Shown here: positions 28,701-42,597 of the stretch, piece by piece
Layout: every line of letters begins with the position of its first letter
Numbering within the stretch: position 1 is the first letter of the stretch
Assembly: GCF_964204645.1 (NCBI RefSeq)
Contig: NC_134033.1
Span: 12,780,655-12,844,654 of the forward strand
Source: Tubulanus polymorphus
Taxonomy: Eukaryota > Animalia > Nemertea
DNA: 64,000 nucleotides
Direction of reading: 5' to 3'
Position numbers and translations under genes: made by a program
Notes under the pieces: model-generated
Databases searched by the model: none
Told to the model about the DNA's origin: nothing
What the model saw: only the letters and a program-made list of their open reading frames with translations

Positions 28701-29562
28701 TTCAGATGAATTAGCCCTCAGGTTAAAGGTAACACCAGTCTATTAGACCAGCCCCTGCATTTTATCTTGGAACTGGTCTGGTCCAATGCCACTATATTAA
28801 CTACATACCCTGAAGGCTGGTATCAAGTTGACTCTGGGGCTGAATTCATTTTCAATCGAATTATCCCACAGGTAGAAGTTAATACCAGTCCATAAAACAA
28901 CTGGGCCCAGTATATTCATGACAAATCTCGAGTACCCAGTTAGACTACTTACGCGGTCGGATGACTTTTTCCATAAAAGCGATGTTCTAACATCAGACAG
29001 TAAGCGTTGAAAATCTGAGCATATTTAATCCACTGTCCGGTGACCATCCAGACAGGATTCGCGGGTCCTTCACCTCCGATCATCAGGAATACGACCGATA
29101 CACCGGCGCTAGTCGGTTTATAAAACGTCGCATTGCGGAAAAATCTCTAAAATATCAACAAATCATAAATTAAAGTATTTCTGAGAATCTCATGCAGGTG
29201 GATCCATAGATGGACGGTATTAACACCCTAGTCTCACCAAGACAACAAGAAATTTCTTTTACCCCAGTATCCTGGGCTACGGCTAAGGTTACAATAATTA
29301 CCTGGTTCCACATTCTTGTATCAGCATCGTTGAAATGATCTAGTTTCTGGACGAACCATTCGTCTTTCGGGAGCGTCGTGCCTTCCGGTTTCGGCGGGGG
29401 AGGCAACACGAGAATTCCATTCTTTTTACTAGCAATTTTGCCAGTTTGATGAAGAGCCTGGGTGGCGTCACCGACCACGAAAGTCAAAGTACCAAAAGCT
29501 GATATCATCAACAAAAACACTGGAGCAAGTGTAGTGATTCCGTTATGCTTCGAAATCGACAT
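25785..29562 (-). CDS. serine peptidase family S28 (thymus-specific serine protease / PRSS16-like)
   Basis: About 9 exons. Signal-peptide-like N-terminus; [35 protein letters not shown], catalytic [34 protein letters not shown]. Confidence 0.9.
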
Positions 29563-29790
29563 TTCTACCTTGTGGCAACTACTTCACCCTAAACATAAAT
29601 ATGAATTGTTTTCAAAATATGTAGAATCAACTGCCACAAACCAGTTCCGATGTTTAAAAAGGCCCTTAAAGGTGAAAAAGGTACGATTTCGGCGAAACTT
29701 CATTCAGACACACCCAACGACCTTGAAACCGATAAGCGGGGATTCCCCACATCCAATCCAAGTCCTTCTCCGTAGTTTACGGATATTTCA

Positions 29791-31839
29791 ATGGCGTCCG
29801 CCGGTGGTGGCAATTCGAGCACTCGAACGAAAATAATCTCCCTGATCGATGATATCGAAATTCTATCGAAGTGAGTATCTATTTACGAATAAGAAACATT
29901 TTTCTCAACCTCTTCCCGAACTTGGTCTTTATTTTATCTCCGTTTAAGGGAGAATTTCGGATTCAAACGTTTTTATGCGGTTGACACTATTAAGCGTTTT
30001 ATGGACTTCATTGTGGATTGACATAATTGAAAAATTTTATTTTCTAGGGAACTGTTTGATATATTGGCCGTACCTAAAGGCCAGAGGAGTGAAGACTCGA
30101 GTACGAGTGATTTGATCCAGCTTCTCGTAGAAAAAGATGCCGAAATTCAGGAAAACTTAAAAATAGGTAGCTACATGATTGAGCCTTTTTGTTCCTGCAG
30201 CGATTAAGGCTACCCCCAGAGACTTTAATTCATTCCGCATTTATTTCATTTTTCACGATAGCGAACGAACAAGCGTCGATTCAGGAAAAAAAAGAATGTC
30301 TGAAAAAGGAAATTGAAAAACGCGATCAAGACATCAAACAACTGCAGAAAAATCTCAAAGAGGCCGAAGCAATTTTGGTAAAGATCACCTGGGTTAAAAA
30401 AAGAGATCGCCGAAATTTTCGTATTTATACCAGTTTTATTAAAGATGAGTTTATTTATTGATATTCAGGCTACGGCGATTTATCAGGCCAAACAGAAACT
30501 CTCTTCGATCCAGTTAGCCAATCAGAAAGCTGTGCAATCAGAAGAATTGATTAAATATGCCCATAGAATCAGCGCCAATAACTCGGTGGCCGCCCCACCT
30601 ACGTGGGCACCAGGTATTCATTTGTGTTTTTGGAATACGGTAGACTCGACCTAGATAGAGCCGAATTATCACTTAAATCGGAACCCAAAATCTTACTCCG
30701 TCGCGATACTAGAATGTCAATGAATCCCAATGACTGGCAGCGCTACTGCGACAAGCAGGGATTCTGCGAAGACCCATCAGGTATCATTACCCAGGGCCGG
30801 ATACCGGGGATAATTTCGTAGGCTTGTTACATCCCAAATGGGCACTTCGATGTCCAAAAAGGCAATATTAGATGTACTCCTGCACTGAGGGGTTGATTTC
30901 GAAATTTTCAAATTTCATCAAAAATGAACTTACTTTCATTACCAAGAACTGGGTCTATAAATTAGTGCCATCTGGTGTAGTCGGTACCGACCTAATTGAT
31001 TTGCATTAGGAATTTCTACTGTGCTATGAAAATGGGAAACTTATGATGTATTTGTTATTGTATTGTTTTGCAGGAGACCCGCGAAGGCCTTACCCGACTG
31101 ACATCGAAATGAGGGTCGGCTACCTCGGACGACTGAACGAGATCGCTTTACAAAATCCCGGCTCGCTGCAGACGCAATTCAGCATCCCCGAATTATCCGG
31201 GGCTCGACACCACCCCCACCTAGGTAAAATTCATATCTTTGAAAATTTTGCGGGTACTTTTCAAAAGTGTGTTACGACAAGAACTGTATTGTACCGGTCT
31301 CGAAAGTCTTAAAGAAATATTTCGACATTTTTGCCAATTTTTCCAACTGTTTCTTCGATTCATTTCAGCTTTTTTCTTTACTTTCAAAATAAAATCGAAT
31401 TGTTTAGATAAAGCTTTGGTAAATAATTTTGGAAATAGGGGCCAATCGTTCTGGTACAATGGAACTTAGTTTATGTTACCTCTGATATATAACTATTGTA
31501 TTATGAATTATTGGTAATAACGAAAAACATATTTTCTGGTCCCCTGAAATTCTGGGGAATTGGCCCCCGTAGTTTTGTCTGTTAGTTTAACTCTGATAGG
31601 TTGATCTTTCTTTGATTTCTTTGTCGTTATTTACTTCAACAGATCACATGATGTCGTCCGGTCTGGCGACGTCTGCCTCGTCGTCGTGGACGACGCATGA
31701 TTTGAACAGTACGATGTCGGCGTCGGCGACCGCTAGTCAACAAATGACTGTCACTATCGACAGCAAGAGCACGAAAGAGAACGAGGATGTGGAAGTCATG
31801 TCGACCGACTCGTCGAGCAGTTCCAGTAGCGACGAGTGA
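29791..31839 (+). CDS. MED4: Mediator complex subunit 4
   Basis: Exons 29791-29870, 30048-30166, 30262-30377, 30469-30613, 31074-31223, 31643-31839. [31 protein letters not shown]-terminal [18 protein letters not shown]. Confidence 0.95.
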
Positions 31840-34800
31840 TCTACTAACACGCCATCTATAGTCGTTATTTCAACTAGCGATTTGTCTCATAATTTCGATG
31901 ATACGATTAGCATTTATCTGATTGACGAATACTGTCTGCGATAAAGATGTCAATCAGCAGCATGGAACCATCCCTTCAGTCATTCTGGAGCCATCCCTTC
32001 CTGACATCGCCATTTTAGTATGAAGACTGTACGACCACTTTTTGAAAGTGTACTGATAAAATGTCTGATATCATCCGATGCAGATTGCAGCGTTGAAATG
32101 TAGATGATCAATTTTCGAAAGAGTGCTGATAAATGCTTTGTATTGTAGTTTATTTATAAGTAACAATGTTTGGGGGTGAAGTCCTGAACGCGTGTTAAGT
32201 TTGCGCGATAAAAAAATGAAAGAATGTTGCAGATAATGAATTGTATGTGAGGAGTGAGGATTCGAATAGCAATTTGATAACCCGCATGAATAGAGTAGAA
32301 CTATTCATCGGATATTATCGTGAAAAAGTAATGTTTTTGTAGATGTAAATATTGTTTTGTGAAGTCATTTTATGTTGTATTATCGTGATATGTACGTCAT
32401 GTTTTGTAAATAAAGTTTGTACAATATAGAACCTTCATCAAGTTTTTGATTTGTAGTTTTTCATCCATTGTTCTGCGAACGTGGCAAAAGATGCATTTGG
32501 ATAAGTCGTCAACAACATAATGAAGAAAGTTTCACTCTATAGGGTCAGAAAAATATTTCTAAAAAACATGTCCAACTTAGTGGACTACTTTTGGTTACAA
32601 ACCAACTGTATTCATATTGACAGTACTACACTGTTCTCATCCATAGACTGACCACTGTATATCGGACAATAAAAACGTAAGTATATGAAGCATAGACTTC
32701 ATTTACACCAAGGATGATTGCCTCAGATTATTGCATATCCTTCTGATGACCTGGACTTTGCATACCTCTGAATCTATTGGGTCCATATTTGGAAGGCCAG
32801 CGGGCTACAGAAGAAAAGGTTCACTATTTTTCAAATAGAGTAGCCATGTGGCTACCATCGGGGTGCCTCCATTTCTTTGAAGAATTACGTCAGAAAATAT
32901 GCAATTTCTAAAAGTGAGTCAAATTTCCTCGTGTTAATGGTCTTTTACATGTACTTATATAAGGGAAGGGTAACCCAGTTGGAAGGCTGGGGTCTGGACC
33001 CCGAGACCACCCCTTAATCCGCCGCTGGGTCCCGAGGAACGCAAGGCAAGCAGAGTCTTCAGAGTATTCGGTTAGGATAACTACGACCACATTTTCCAGT
33101 CCCGCAACAAAACGACAATAATACCACTACCGCTTTTTTTATGAGAATAAAATTTATTCCATAAAATTTTCATCACAATAGAATTTAGTATGAAAAAAGT
33201 CCACAGTCGATAAATAATGCATAATTATCATATCATTTTTATATTTGTAAATATATACCATCTATAGAAATACAAGAATAGTACGTAAGACCCAGCTTAA
33301 TCCGAAATAATCCGTTTATGAGAAATCTGGATCAATATGATCAGACTAAACATTTACATCATATTTCACATATCAGTACGTTTAGGCAAAGAAAAATCGG
33401 TACCTTGTTTCTCATTTCTGCTTTAAAGTTGACCCGGCTAGCCGCGTATCTACCCCGCACATTACTTCTTTCTAAAATCATGTTCAGGGTAACGATAACA
33501 GACCCTGCAGCTATAGAAATGAACTGATTACAAATCTATTGCAGTGTCTGAAATTGACCTGCCCGATTAGGAGAAACAAGGTATCATTTATCTAGCGTCA
33601 TGTATCTGTAGACCATCGGATGATATCTCGATAATATCAAAATCGGGTTTAGGATGATCCGGATTATGCAGGTCCGACTATATTTCTCTATACAACAACG
33701 AATAACGTTCTCTTAAATTTTTTCTTCCACTTTATCTAGTTTTTTTTTCCAGGTGTTTCAGCTAGTAGTAAACGCACATCGATAAAAAAAAGCTCGTTAT
33801 TAAACAATGAACCCATAGTTCGTTGGTTTCTAAAATTTAATTTAGCATTCAGGGGTCAGTCGCTGAAAAGTTGGTCAAATATAACCGGTGGATAAACACC
33901 ATAGTAACAATGAACTCATCATCAGACGGCTGCGTAGCAGACGGCCACAAGCTTCAGCCGACCCTGTCCTGTACCAGTTCCTCAATTTGTTTGTCACTAT
34001 GTCAACTATCCACTTGTTAACTCTAACTAACTTTTGAGCAACTGCAGCCCCTAGTTATCAGCTTTCAGGTGGTGGTGTAACATGTACATGTATATATATA
34101 TATATGGTTTCAAAGCACACATGTGCATGTCGTGTGAGTCCAAGTCACAATCAATGAAAATTATTGCACATCTCACTAAAATGAACATATCTAAAAATGA
34201 GGTATATATATAAATATAATCTATTCCTATCAACAAGTGAGTGTTAAGTTTTAGAATTCTTAAAAGTCTTAAAATTGAAACAAAAAACATTTACCGGGTA
34301 TGTAAATTTGCGGAGTAAATTTCTTGATGAAATATTCTCACGTTGAAATAGAATCGTTTTTTGTGATTATCAAAAACGTATTCTTAATGGACGCTTTCAT
34401 TTAATTAGCTACATCGCATCTGAGCTCTGTACTGTTTATATTTGAACTTATGCTGAACTCTGAAGGCGGGCGTAGGTCTGCACCCTCGCGACTGCCAGCA
34501 ATGCGATCGTCTGTGACTGCTAGCTTTGATTGCGCTACAAAGACAGTCACTACTTTCTTTGATGCGACATGTTAAACGAAGCGCTCAGTTCAGACCAGAC
34601 TACCTCATATCTGTAATTGTAGTATTTTCACCAAATATAAGAGTAATTTGAAATTATTCCGATGTTGAGAGTATTTCGATATTTTTGGGAGTCATTGGGC
34701 TCTTTAAAAGAGTAGAAACAACCCTGAAATGGTAGTCGTAGTCAGGTCTCCCAGTTGAAACCAATCATGTTGCATTGCAAGCAATCGCGAGCCAACCAAC

Positions 34801-36685
34801 GTCTGCCTCAAAAAATATTATGCCATCAAATGATTCATCATTGCACAGATAACAATAAGAGTGCGAATATGTAATTCAATCGGCCGTGTCTTCGTAACAC
34901 AAGTCCAGAAAAATCATATAACATATCGGAATACAATAGAATTGATGGGAATTCTAATTCGATCATGTAGACACAGCTTTTAATTTTCATAAATTCATCT
35001 AACTCTATCTCTCTCTAACACAGAGGCCTGCCTCCGTGGTGGTGGGTGTAAAAATTATGCTAACAAACTAACACAAAAACCGGGGTGAAAATATGCACAA
35101 GTTTATAACAAAATAAAAACTAAAAATCACCGTAAAAAGCCACTAAACATAGTCACTTGAACATCGATTGTCACAAACAGTTCCAAAAAATGTTCTGTTT
35201 ACTGGCTATAGTTTTATTAATCAACGACACGTTGTAACTGGCACGTGGGGAAGGGATGGACAGATTTTACACAGATATATAGGTATACAAACCTACAAAC
35301 ACGCTACTGGCACCGATAAGACTTATCGTCGACTGGGCGTTAGTCTGAATGTCGAACGATATACAAAATGTCCCCTACAACACCGGCTAAATACTAGACT
35401 AACTGGGTTCCTGATATGAACAGCAACTGATTTAAAGATATGATAGGTCGATATAAGTAAAAGACAATCAATTAAGGCGTGATTTGACTTACGCGGCAGG
35501 TATCAATCGACAGCTTCTAGAACCACCTTTCCAATCATTTTTCACCAGTGTATTGTGATGTCTCGATGATCAATTTTTGAAAGTGTGCCGATGAAATGAC
35601 TCAGGACCCAGTTCTACAGTTGTGAGTTAGAGTTAACTCCGAGTTAAAATTAGTTCATCTTGAATGAGTTAACTCTGAGTTAAATCTTAACTCAGAACTG
35701 TGGAACTGGACCCTGGTGTGTTATGAAAAAAAAGTCTCAGCTGAGGTCTTTTGCGGTTGTTTATCCAAGACCAGTCTAGGCCCATTTTAGTTCTACAGCC
35801 GATTTAAGGCCGTAGTTAAAATTCAAGATCACTATTGGACTTACATCACCATTGCGTAACTGGACTGAACATACGTGAAGCCAAGTTGATCATAAATTAG
35901 AAGGGCGATGAAGTAGCCGATCGAATGTTTGAAGGGCGTAGGGTCTCGCCAGTGATAAATGATCGTGGTGGTATAAGTGAAATGTGAATCGAATGCTAGG
36001 GTACAAGCGACATCAAGTGTTTCCATATCTACAGTCAATTATTATATAGAAATAAAACCAATACTAATCAAAAAGATATAAATTTGATCCGACATTTTTC
36101 AAGAACATTCGATACGACTGATACCAACCTAAATCCGACATAACCGGGCTTGTCAGTGTATACATATTTGATAATCGTTGGTTTTATTTCTATCACGACT
36201 TCTATCACGGAATTTGTTCCGAATTTGAAACTTCTACAGGGTTCTTACGGGTTTCTGAATTTCATTTTCCATAAGTTTTCCAGACCCAGTTTATAAACTT
36301 TCTATTTACACGTTGTCAACCTAAACATGTAATGAATAGGCCCATTCGAATTAAATAAGCGCCAATTATCAATACCAAGCAAGCAAACCATAGCCTAAAA
36401 TTCGAAATAGAAGGAAAATTTTGTTTTGAAACCCTTTTCTAATTTTTCTTTTCTTCTCCGTAGCCATAGAGAAAAATAAACAAAGCTTTTCAAAGCTTTT
36501 CCACGGCCTGGAAAAAGGATTCCCATTTTTCCAAATCTTTCAGAAACCCATAAGAACCCAAAAAGGATTCCCATATTCCAAATCTTTCAGAAACCCATAA
36601 GAGCCCAAAAAGGATTCCCATTTTCCAAATCTTTCAGAAACCAATAAGAACCCAGTCTACAGCCAGTGATTGTTACTAGTTAAAG

Positions 36686-39600
36686 CTAGTATCTGGTATT
36701 ATCGATACTCGTGTGTTTAGTAACCGGCTGTTTAACCTTATCCTTGATGTCATTATTAGCACCATCGGCGTCGTCGTCTGCCGTTCCGGTCGGCGACGTC
36801 TCCACGGCGCACGTCGACGACACGCGTTGAATCTGATTGGTCGGCAGCGACAGCCGACGCACCTGATCGCGGATCGTTTCGTTGAGAATGTTCTCGGTCG
36901 AGCCGAGATTGCTCGGCGGGAACTCGGCGTTGTTCTCCTCGAAGCAGCATTCGCGTCGCAGGAACGCCTTTGCGTCTTTGATGCCGCGTTCGTAGTACGC
37001 TTTCAACAGCGACTTCGACGGCGGGAACAGCGCGTGTATCACGCGTACCGCGTTGTTGCGATTCACCTGGAAATCCTGCGAGCCCCAGCCGAGGTACCAG
37101 TTGCGACCGGCCTTGTCGGTCGGCGAGATCGTCTGCTTGCCGCTGAACGGCGACACGTAGATCGTCAGTCCGTCTGCGAATCCGGGCAGGTTGTCGGTGA
37201 TTCCGCCGTCGTAGAAGTGATGGCCGCGGATGACCGGTGGACGAAATCCTCCGTACACAGGAATATAACTGCTCGCTAGTAAACACTGAAATATAGAAAA
37301 CGGTTGTCGTTAGCTACGATGTTCTACTATTGACGATTGAGTTTCTATTTGATTTTGGTCGACATTAAGGTCAGATTGATATTTGCTGAATATCAGTAAC
37401 TAGTAATAATTCATTTATTCTCAATAAACTTCAGGAGCATATGAAATTCTTCAGTATTGTGGTTCTAATTAGACTCTGGACCCAGTCCCACAGTTGTTTG
37501 GGTTAAACTAGACTCTCGACCCAGTTCCACAGTTGTTTGGGTTAAACTAGACTCTGGACCCAGTCCCACAGTTGTTTGGGTTAAACTAGACTCTGGACCC
37601 AGTCCCATAGTTGTTTGGGTTAAACTAGACTCTGGACCCAGTTCCACAGTTGTGAGGGTTTAATATGACTCTGGACTCACAGTGTCACATGCTTTGGACT
37701 CTCTGAATTCCTTTCATTTCCGAGGAGGATTCATTACAGTATTACAACTAACAAATACTCCGCAATCAGCGTATTGATTATCATTGCGGTCAAGTTTAAA
37801 GATAGCAGGTAACCGGAGCCAGAGAGGGCGGTTTGTTCGGAGGACGGAGGGATGGGCGAATAATATCGATTTGAAAATTACGATGAAATCAACACCGTCT
37901 GCGATCGTGAAACGAGCTCGAAGCGCACGTCATCGCGCGGAGACAATCGATGATCTCACAATCGTTGTTGTCGTCGTCGTTTAAAATCGTTAAAACGCTT
38001 CGTCTGTATTCAGTCTGTTTTCGGAATAATAACTCGAAGGCTAAACAACAAACTGAGAGTAACACAGTAAACATATTGAGTATTGATTTCTAGGGAAGGG
38101 ATGCATATCACGATGACGAAACATATGAGTTCATTCCATCGCATACTCTGTAGATATCACATACGGTGAACGTACTTTATAACCCCACCATTGGGACTAG
38201 TTAATGAAAAACATGGCATTAGGGATCATTCATCTACATTAAGCATTACAGTACGCAATTGCACTGACCCCTCCCCCCTCCCTTGATGCGTACGTAATAA
38301 ATGAATGACCCCTTATGATGAATTTGGCCGCGTTAAAAAGAATAGTATTTTCAGTGAATTTTAGCTAGATTGAGCATATGACTTAATACTTGTAAATAAG
38401 CATCATTCAAAGTCAAAATATCAACGATATTCACTAAAATCTACGGAAAGTATGAAATGGATGAGTGGGAACTAGAATTTACAACTTACGTTGATCAATT
38501 CATCGCGAGACGCGAATTCCGATTGTATCACATTTTTCTTTTTGCGCGCCGTCGTCATCGATATGTGCAGTTTACCGGTGGCCTGTTCGTGGGCGTCGGG
38601 CGGCAGGTATTCCTGTAGAAACAGTTTCAGCGGGTCCATGATGCTGTAACCGGGCGTCAACGCGCCCAACGGTTTACTGTTCACTTCGCGCGACAGGTTG
38701 TAACAGAACTGGATGCATTCCTAGAAATCAGAGAGAAAAGCCAGTATGGGATGAGGAACATTAAACGATGCGTAAAATGCAGCAGAATCTGCATTTTGAT
38801 GTTCAAGTGAATCCGGTTTATGAGAAATACAGATTGAAATTCGACCCAAATTTCAAAACACTGGAAAAGAACTAATCGAAACAAATTGTTAACTCTACTC
38901 ATTTCTGAAGAACCAGGGCCCAGTTTCACAAAAAGGATTAACCCTTTCAGTGCGTCTACACCGCAGTGCGGTGTATGAATTGGTGATAGATTTTGCTAGT
39001 ACACCACACTGCGGTGTATTGATGTAATTTGTAATTATCTCTATTGAAAAATGGCAGCACGTGTCAAACATAGTGAAATACTAGTAACTAACGATACACC
39101 GCGCCGCGGTGTAGACGCACTATAGTGGTATTCCCGTTGTTCAACACACTAGGTTGGAATTTTTTAGAATTTTCAAACGATCTCCAGCACTATAGGGTAT
39201 TAATTAGTCAGCACTGAAAGGGTTAAGGCCTAAATCGATTTAAGATAAACTGAATTAATGAAGAAATTAAATCGATTTAGGCTTTAATCCATTTTGTGAA
39301 ACTGGGCCCGGTGTTTTAACCTCGGATCAATCACGTAATCACTCAATTCGAAATTTTACCTAATATTCACAGAAACAACTGACCTGTATTTTATCTCTCG
39401 CGCAGACGATCGCCGCCGCTATCAACGAACCGGCCGAAGCGCCACCTACGCGGTGAACGCGTGACAGCAACGTCTGGCCGTGTTTGACGAGACAGTTCGC
39501 GACGCCGAGGTGATAAATACCGAGGAAACCGCAGCCGCAGAACGACAGATTCAACACGTCGGCCGTACGAGCGGTCACCGGACGAAGCATCTCCGGCGGG

Positions 39601-40034
39601 ATTACAATTGAACCGATTGAAGCTACAGACGACGTCTCGTCGAGTTGTTGATGATTTTCCGATTCGGATAAATCCGTATTATTTGCAACTTCGATTTCGG
39701 TATTTGCCGAATGAATTTGTTCGTTGTTTTTCCTGTTGTCCGCAGCCGGTTCGGGTTTTATTGCGTCGTTGACCGGTGCTGGTTCGATTGCATCTCCTGC
39801 TGGTGTTGGTTCTGCTGCGGGTGTCGGTTCTGACTCAGGTGTTGGTTCTGCCTCAGGTGTTGGTTCTGCTGCGGGTGTTGGTTCTGCCTCAGGTGTTGAT
39901 TCTGCTGCCGGTGTTGGTTCTATCGCGTCTGCCCCTGTGTTTTTCTCGGTATCGTCTTTACGCGTCTGCTCGTCGGTTTTCTCGTTGCTCTCGGTAACCG
40001 TTGCGATATTGTCGTCGTCGCTGGTCGTCGTCAT
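36686..40034 (-). CDS. PNPLA4: patatin-like phospholipase domain-containing protein 4-like lipase
   Basis: Exons 39384-40034, 38490-38720, 36686-37285. NLSFCGCGFLGIYHLG, GASAG nucleophile elbow, DGG. GALTPGY, SPFSG..ISP.DK and ALFPPSK are closest to PNPLA4 as I recall it. Confidence 0.8.
37470..37676. repeat. 42-bp tandem repeat containing the MITE-A terminus
   Basis: About 4.5 copies of TAGACTCTGGACCCAGT(C/T)CCACAGTTGTTTGGGTTAAAC. Confidence 0.9.
38942..39222. mobile_element. piggyBac-like MITE nested in a second MITE (host about 38914-39310)
   Basis: TTAA duplication on both sides with CCCTTTCAGTGC TIRs; removing it restores a palindromic host GGGCCCAGTTTCACAAAA...TTTTGTGAAACTGGGCCC. Confidence 0.85.
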
Positions 40035-40900
40035 TATTTGAACGGTGGTGGTGGTGGTGGCGGCAGCGTTTCAGCCATCAGATTCTCGGTACCGCGTCTG
40101 CTACTCACGCATCGGTCGAACACTAGAACTAATTGAAGGAAAAAAAAGAATACGTTAACTCAAAGTCTTTTTTCCCGAGTTGTGAATAACAAATGAGAAA
40201 TAAGAAAAAATTTTGATGATTTTTAAGTCATTTTATATTTTCTGCGCAACCCGTACTAAAAATGTCAAATTGCCCTGAAATTTTACAGGAAAATGAAAAA
40301 TATCAAATTGATACCTAAAAATGGTTCATACGCATCTCTGTATTTCCCAAAAAAATGAGTCAATGTTTTCTGATGAGCTTTTTCAGGGTGTCTACTGGGA
40401 TGCCTTTTTAACTACGCGCCCTGTTGAGAGGTGCATTCCTCCCCAGAATCGGACCCTAGATCCGCCCCCGATCATGCAGTACCTTCTATTACATGTTCTA
40501 TATTTGAAGCATGATTATGAACCTACAAATCTTATGTATTTTAGACCCTTCCGGTGAATCTAACACTACCCACCGCCCCCTCATCACTCACCGAACCAGA
40601 GAAAGCTGAAAACAAGTTCAGTACGTGACTGTTTGAACTATTGGCATTGATTCCCCGCTAGCCATGCATATTGCATGCTATACCCATCGATTATATACCA
40701 ACAGATGTTTTTGGCACCTTTTCAAACCTGAGAGTAATTCATTGAGACAAAAGAATATGTACGCGTACCTTTACATACTGACGTGCGAGTAACACCGAGT
40801 ATACCTGAGGAGGGGTAACGCTTTTAGATGATACTCATGCTTGAAACCTTCCTACACGGAAAACCACCATCGACCGAAATAAGAAAATTAGTTTTGAAGC

Positions 40901-41040
40901 GAACCGATTGAAGCTACAGACGACGTCTCGTCGAGTTGTTGATGATTTTCCTGATTCGGATAAATCCGCATTTTTTTTGAAACTTCGATTTCGGTATTTT
41001 GAACTTCCGAATGAATTCGTTCGTCGTTTTTCCTGTTGTC
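40901..41040 (-). pseudogene. degenerate duplicate of part of PNPLA4 coding exon 1
   Basis: Close match to 39611-39740, with substitutions and a small insertion. Confidence 0.8.
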
Positions 41041-42312
41041 TGACCCTCCCGGTGAATCTAACACTACCCACCGCCCCCTCATCAGTCACCGAACCAGAGA
41101 AAGCTGAAAACACGTTCAATGCGTGACTGTTTGAACTAATGGCATTGATTCCCCGCTAGCCATGCATATTGAAAACCACCATTGACCGAAATAAGAAAAT
41201 TAGTTAAACCCACCAAGTATAAAAATGCGATGAACCTCATTATAACAAACTTCAGGAACCAGTTCCACAGTTGTGAGTTAAGATTTGACTCAGAGTTAAC
41301 TCATTGAAAATGAACTAATTTTAACTCACTGTTAACTCATGACTGTGGAACTGGATCCTGGTGACTAGAAGATCAGTTTGTCACACCCGCTGATATAGTT
41401 CGTTTATTACAGCAGAACCTGGTGACATAAGGTTATATAATTACCCATGAGTTGAGAATCTGAAACACAACAGCAGTCTGGCTTGTTTTATGGTTGCATC
41501 AGTTCGGATATATCAAAACCAAAAATTTCAGTTTCAGTGTAACTGAGGGTATAGATTTATCCGATGTAGGGACTATAAACAGAACATGTTTTTATGACAA
41601 ATTTCAGAGAATTAGAAAACGTTTGTTTCAACTGTTTGTTTATTAGTGGGACTTCGAGACTAGGTTAAAATCAAGTTATTTACCGCAATCAAACGGGAGA
41701 GGCCTGAATTTGTTTTACATTCGTATCGACGAAAATAAATCAAAAACGTAAAAAAATAAGCATCTATTTTTCTAGAAAATCGGTTACAGGGCGAAACCCG
41801 GGTTTTATCTAACGCGGAGCGACGGATTATTTCTGTAGGGACTAATAAACAGAACGTGTTTTTAGGTAATCCGAAACGTACAATCGATCGCGATTTAGAT
41901 TCGATGCAATTATTTCGCCCACAGAAACAAAACGTAACGCGCAATTCTCCGCGTCTCTATATACAGTTATATATGTTATATCCGACAGAAAATTTAAACA
42001 GAAAAATAATATTCAAAAACGGTATGATTAACAATGATACCTCTTCAGTTAGGTCATAAGCGACTATTTGGGGAACTTCAAATATAAAAGCAAAAACTCC
42101 TTCGCCCTGTAGGTCCAGTGGAGGATCCAGAGGGTCCTATGAGTTTCGTGAGGCAATCTTGAGTAACTCATTCATTTCATTTTCATTCATTTTCAAAAAT
42201 AAAGAAGGGCACATATATCGTATATAAGGCCGAACATTTTGTGGGAAATTCCGGAAAAAGGTCAAAAAGGTGCAGCCAGAGTATTTTGCCATGAAAACAT
42301 ACAGTAAGACCC

Positions 42313-42597
42313 CAGGGGCCAGTTGCACAGTCGTGACTTAAGTCCAAAAGTGGTCTTAAAACTTAAGACTGGTCTTAAGTTGTTAGATTGGCTATAGAAC
42401 TAAGTTGGTCTTAGACGGGTCTTAAGTCTAAGCCATGACTATGCAACTGGCCCCTGGCCCCGGTTGCATAGTCATGGCTTAGACTTAAGACTCGTCTAAG
42501 ACCAACTTAGTTCTATAGCCAATCTAACAACTTAAGACCAGTCTTAAGATTCAAGACCAATTTTGGACTTAAGTCACGACTGTGCAACTGGCCCCTG
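42313..42597. mobile_element. two MITE family B copies in inverted tandem (~285-bp palindrome)
   Basis: GGGCCAGTTGCACAGTCGTGACTTAAGTCC...GACTATGCAACTGGCCC immediately followed by its reverse complement. Related copies at about 59280-59515 and 62860-63155. Confidence 0.85.

Noticed and set aside
37465-37676. CRISPR-like regular repeats
   Set aside because: Head-to-tail units without unique spacers, no cas genes, eukaryotic intron.
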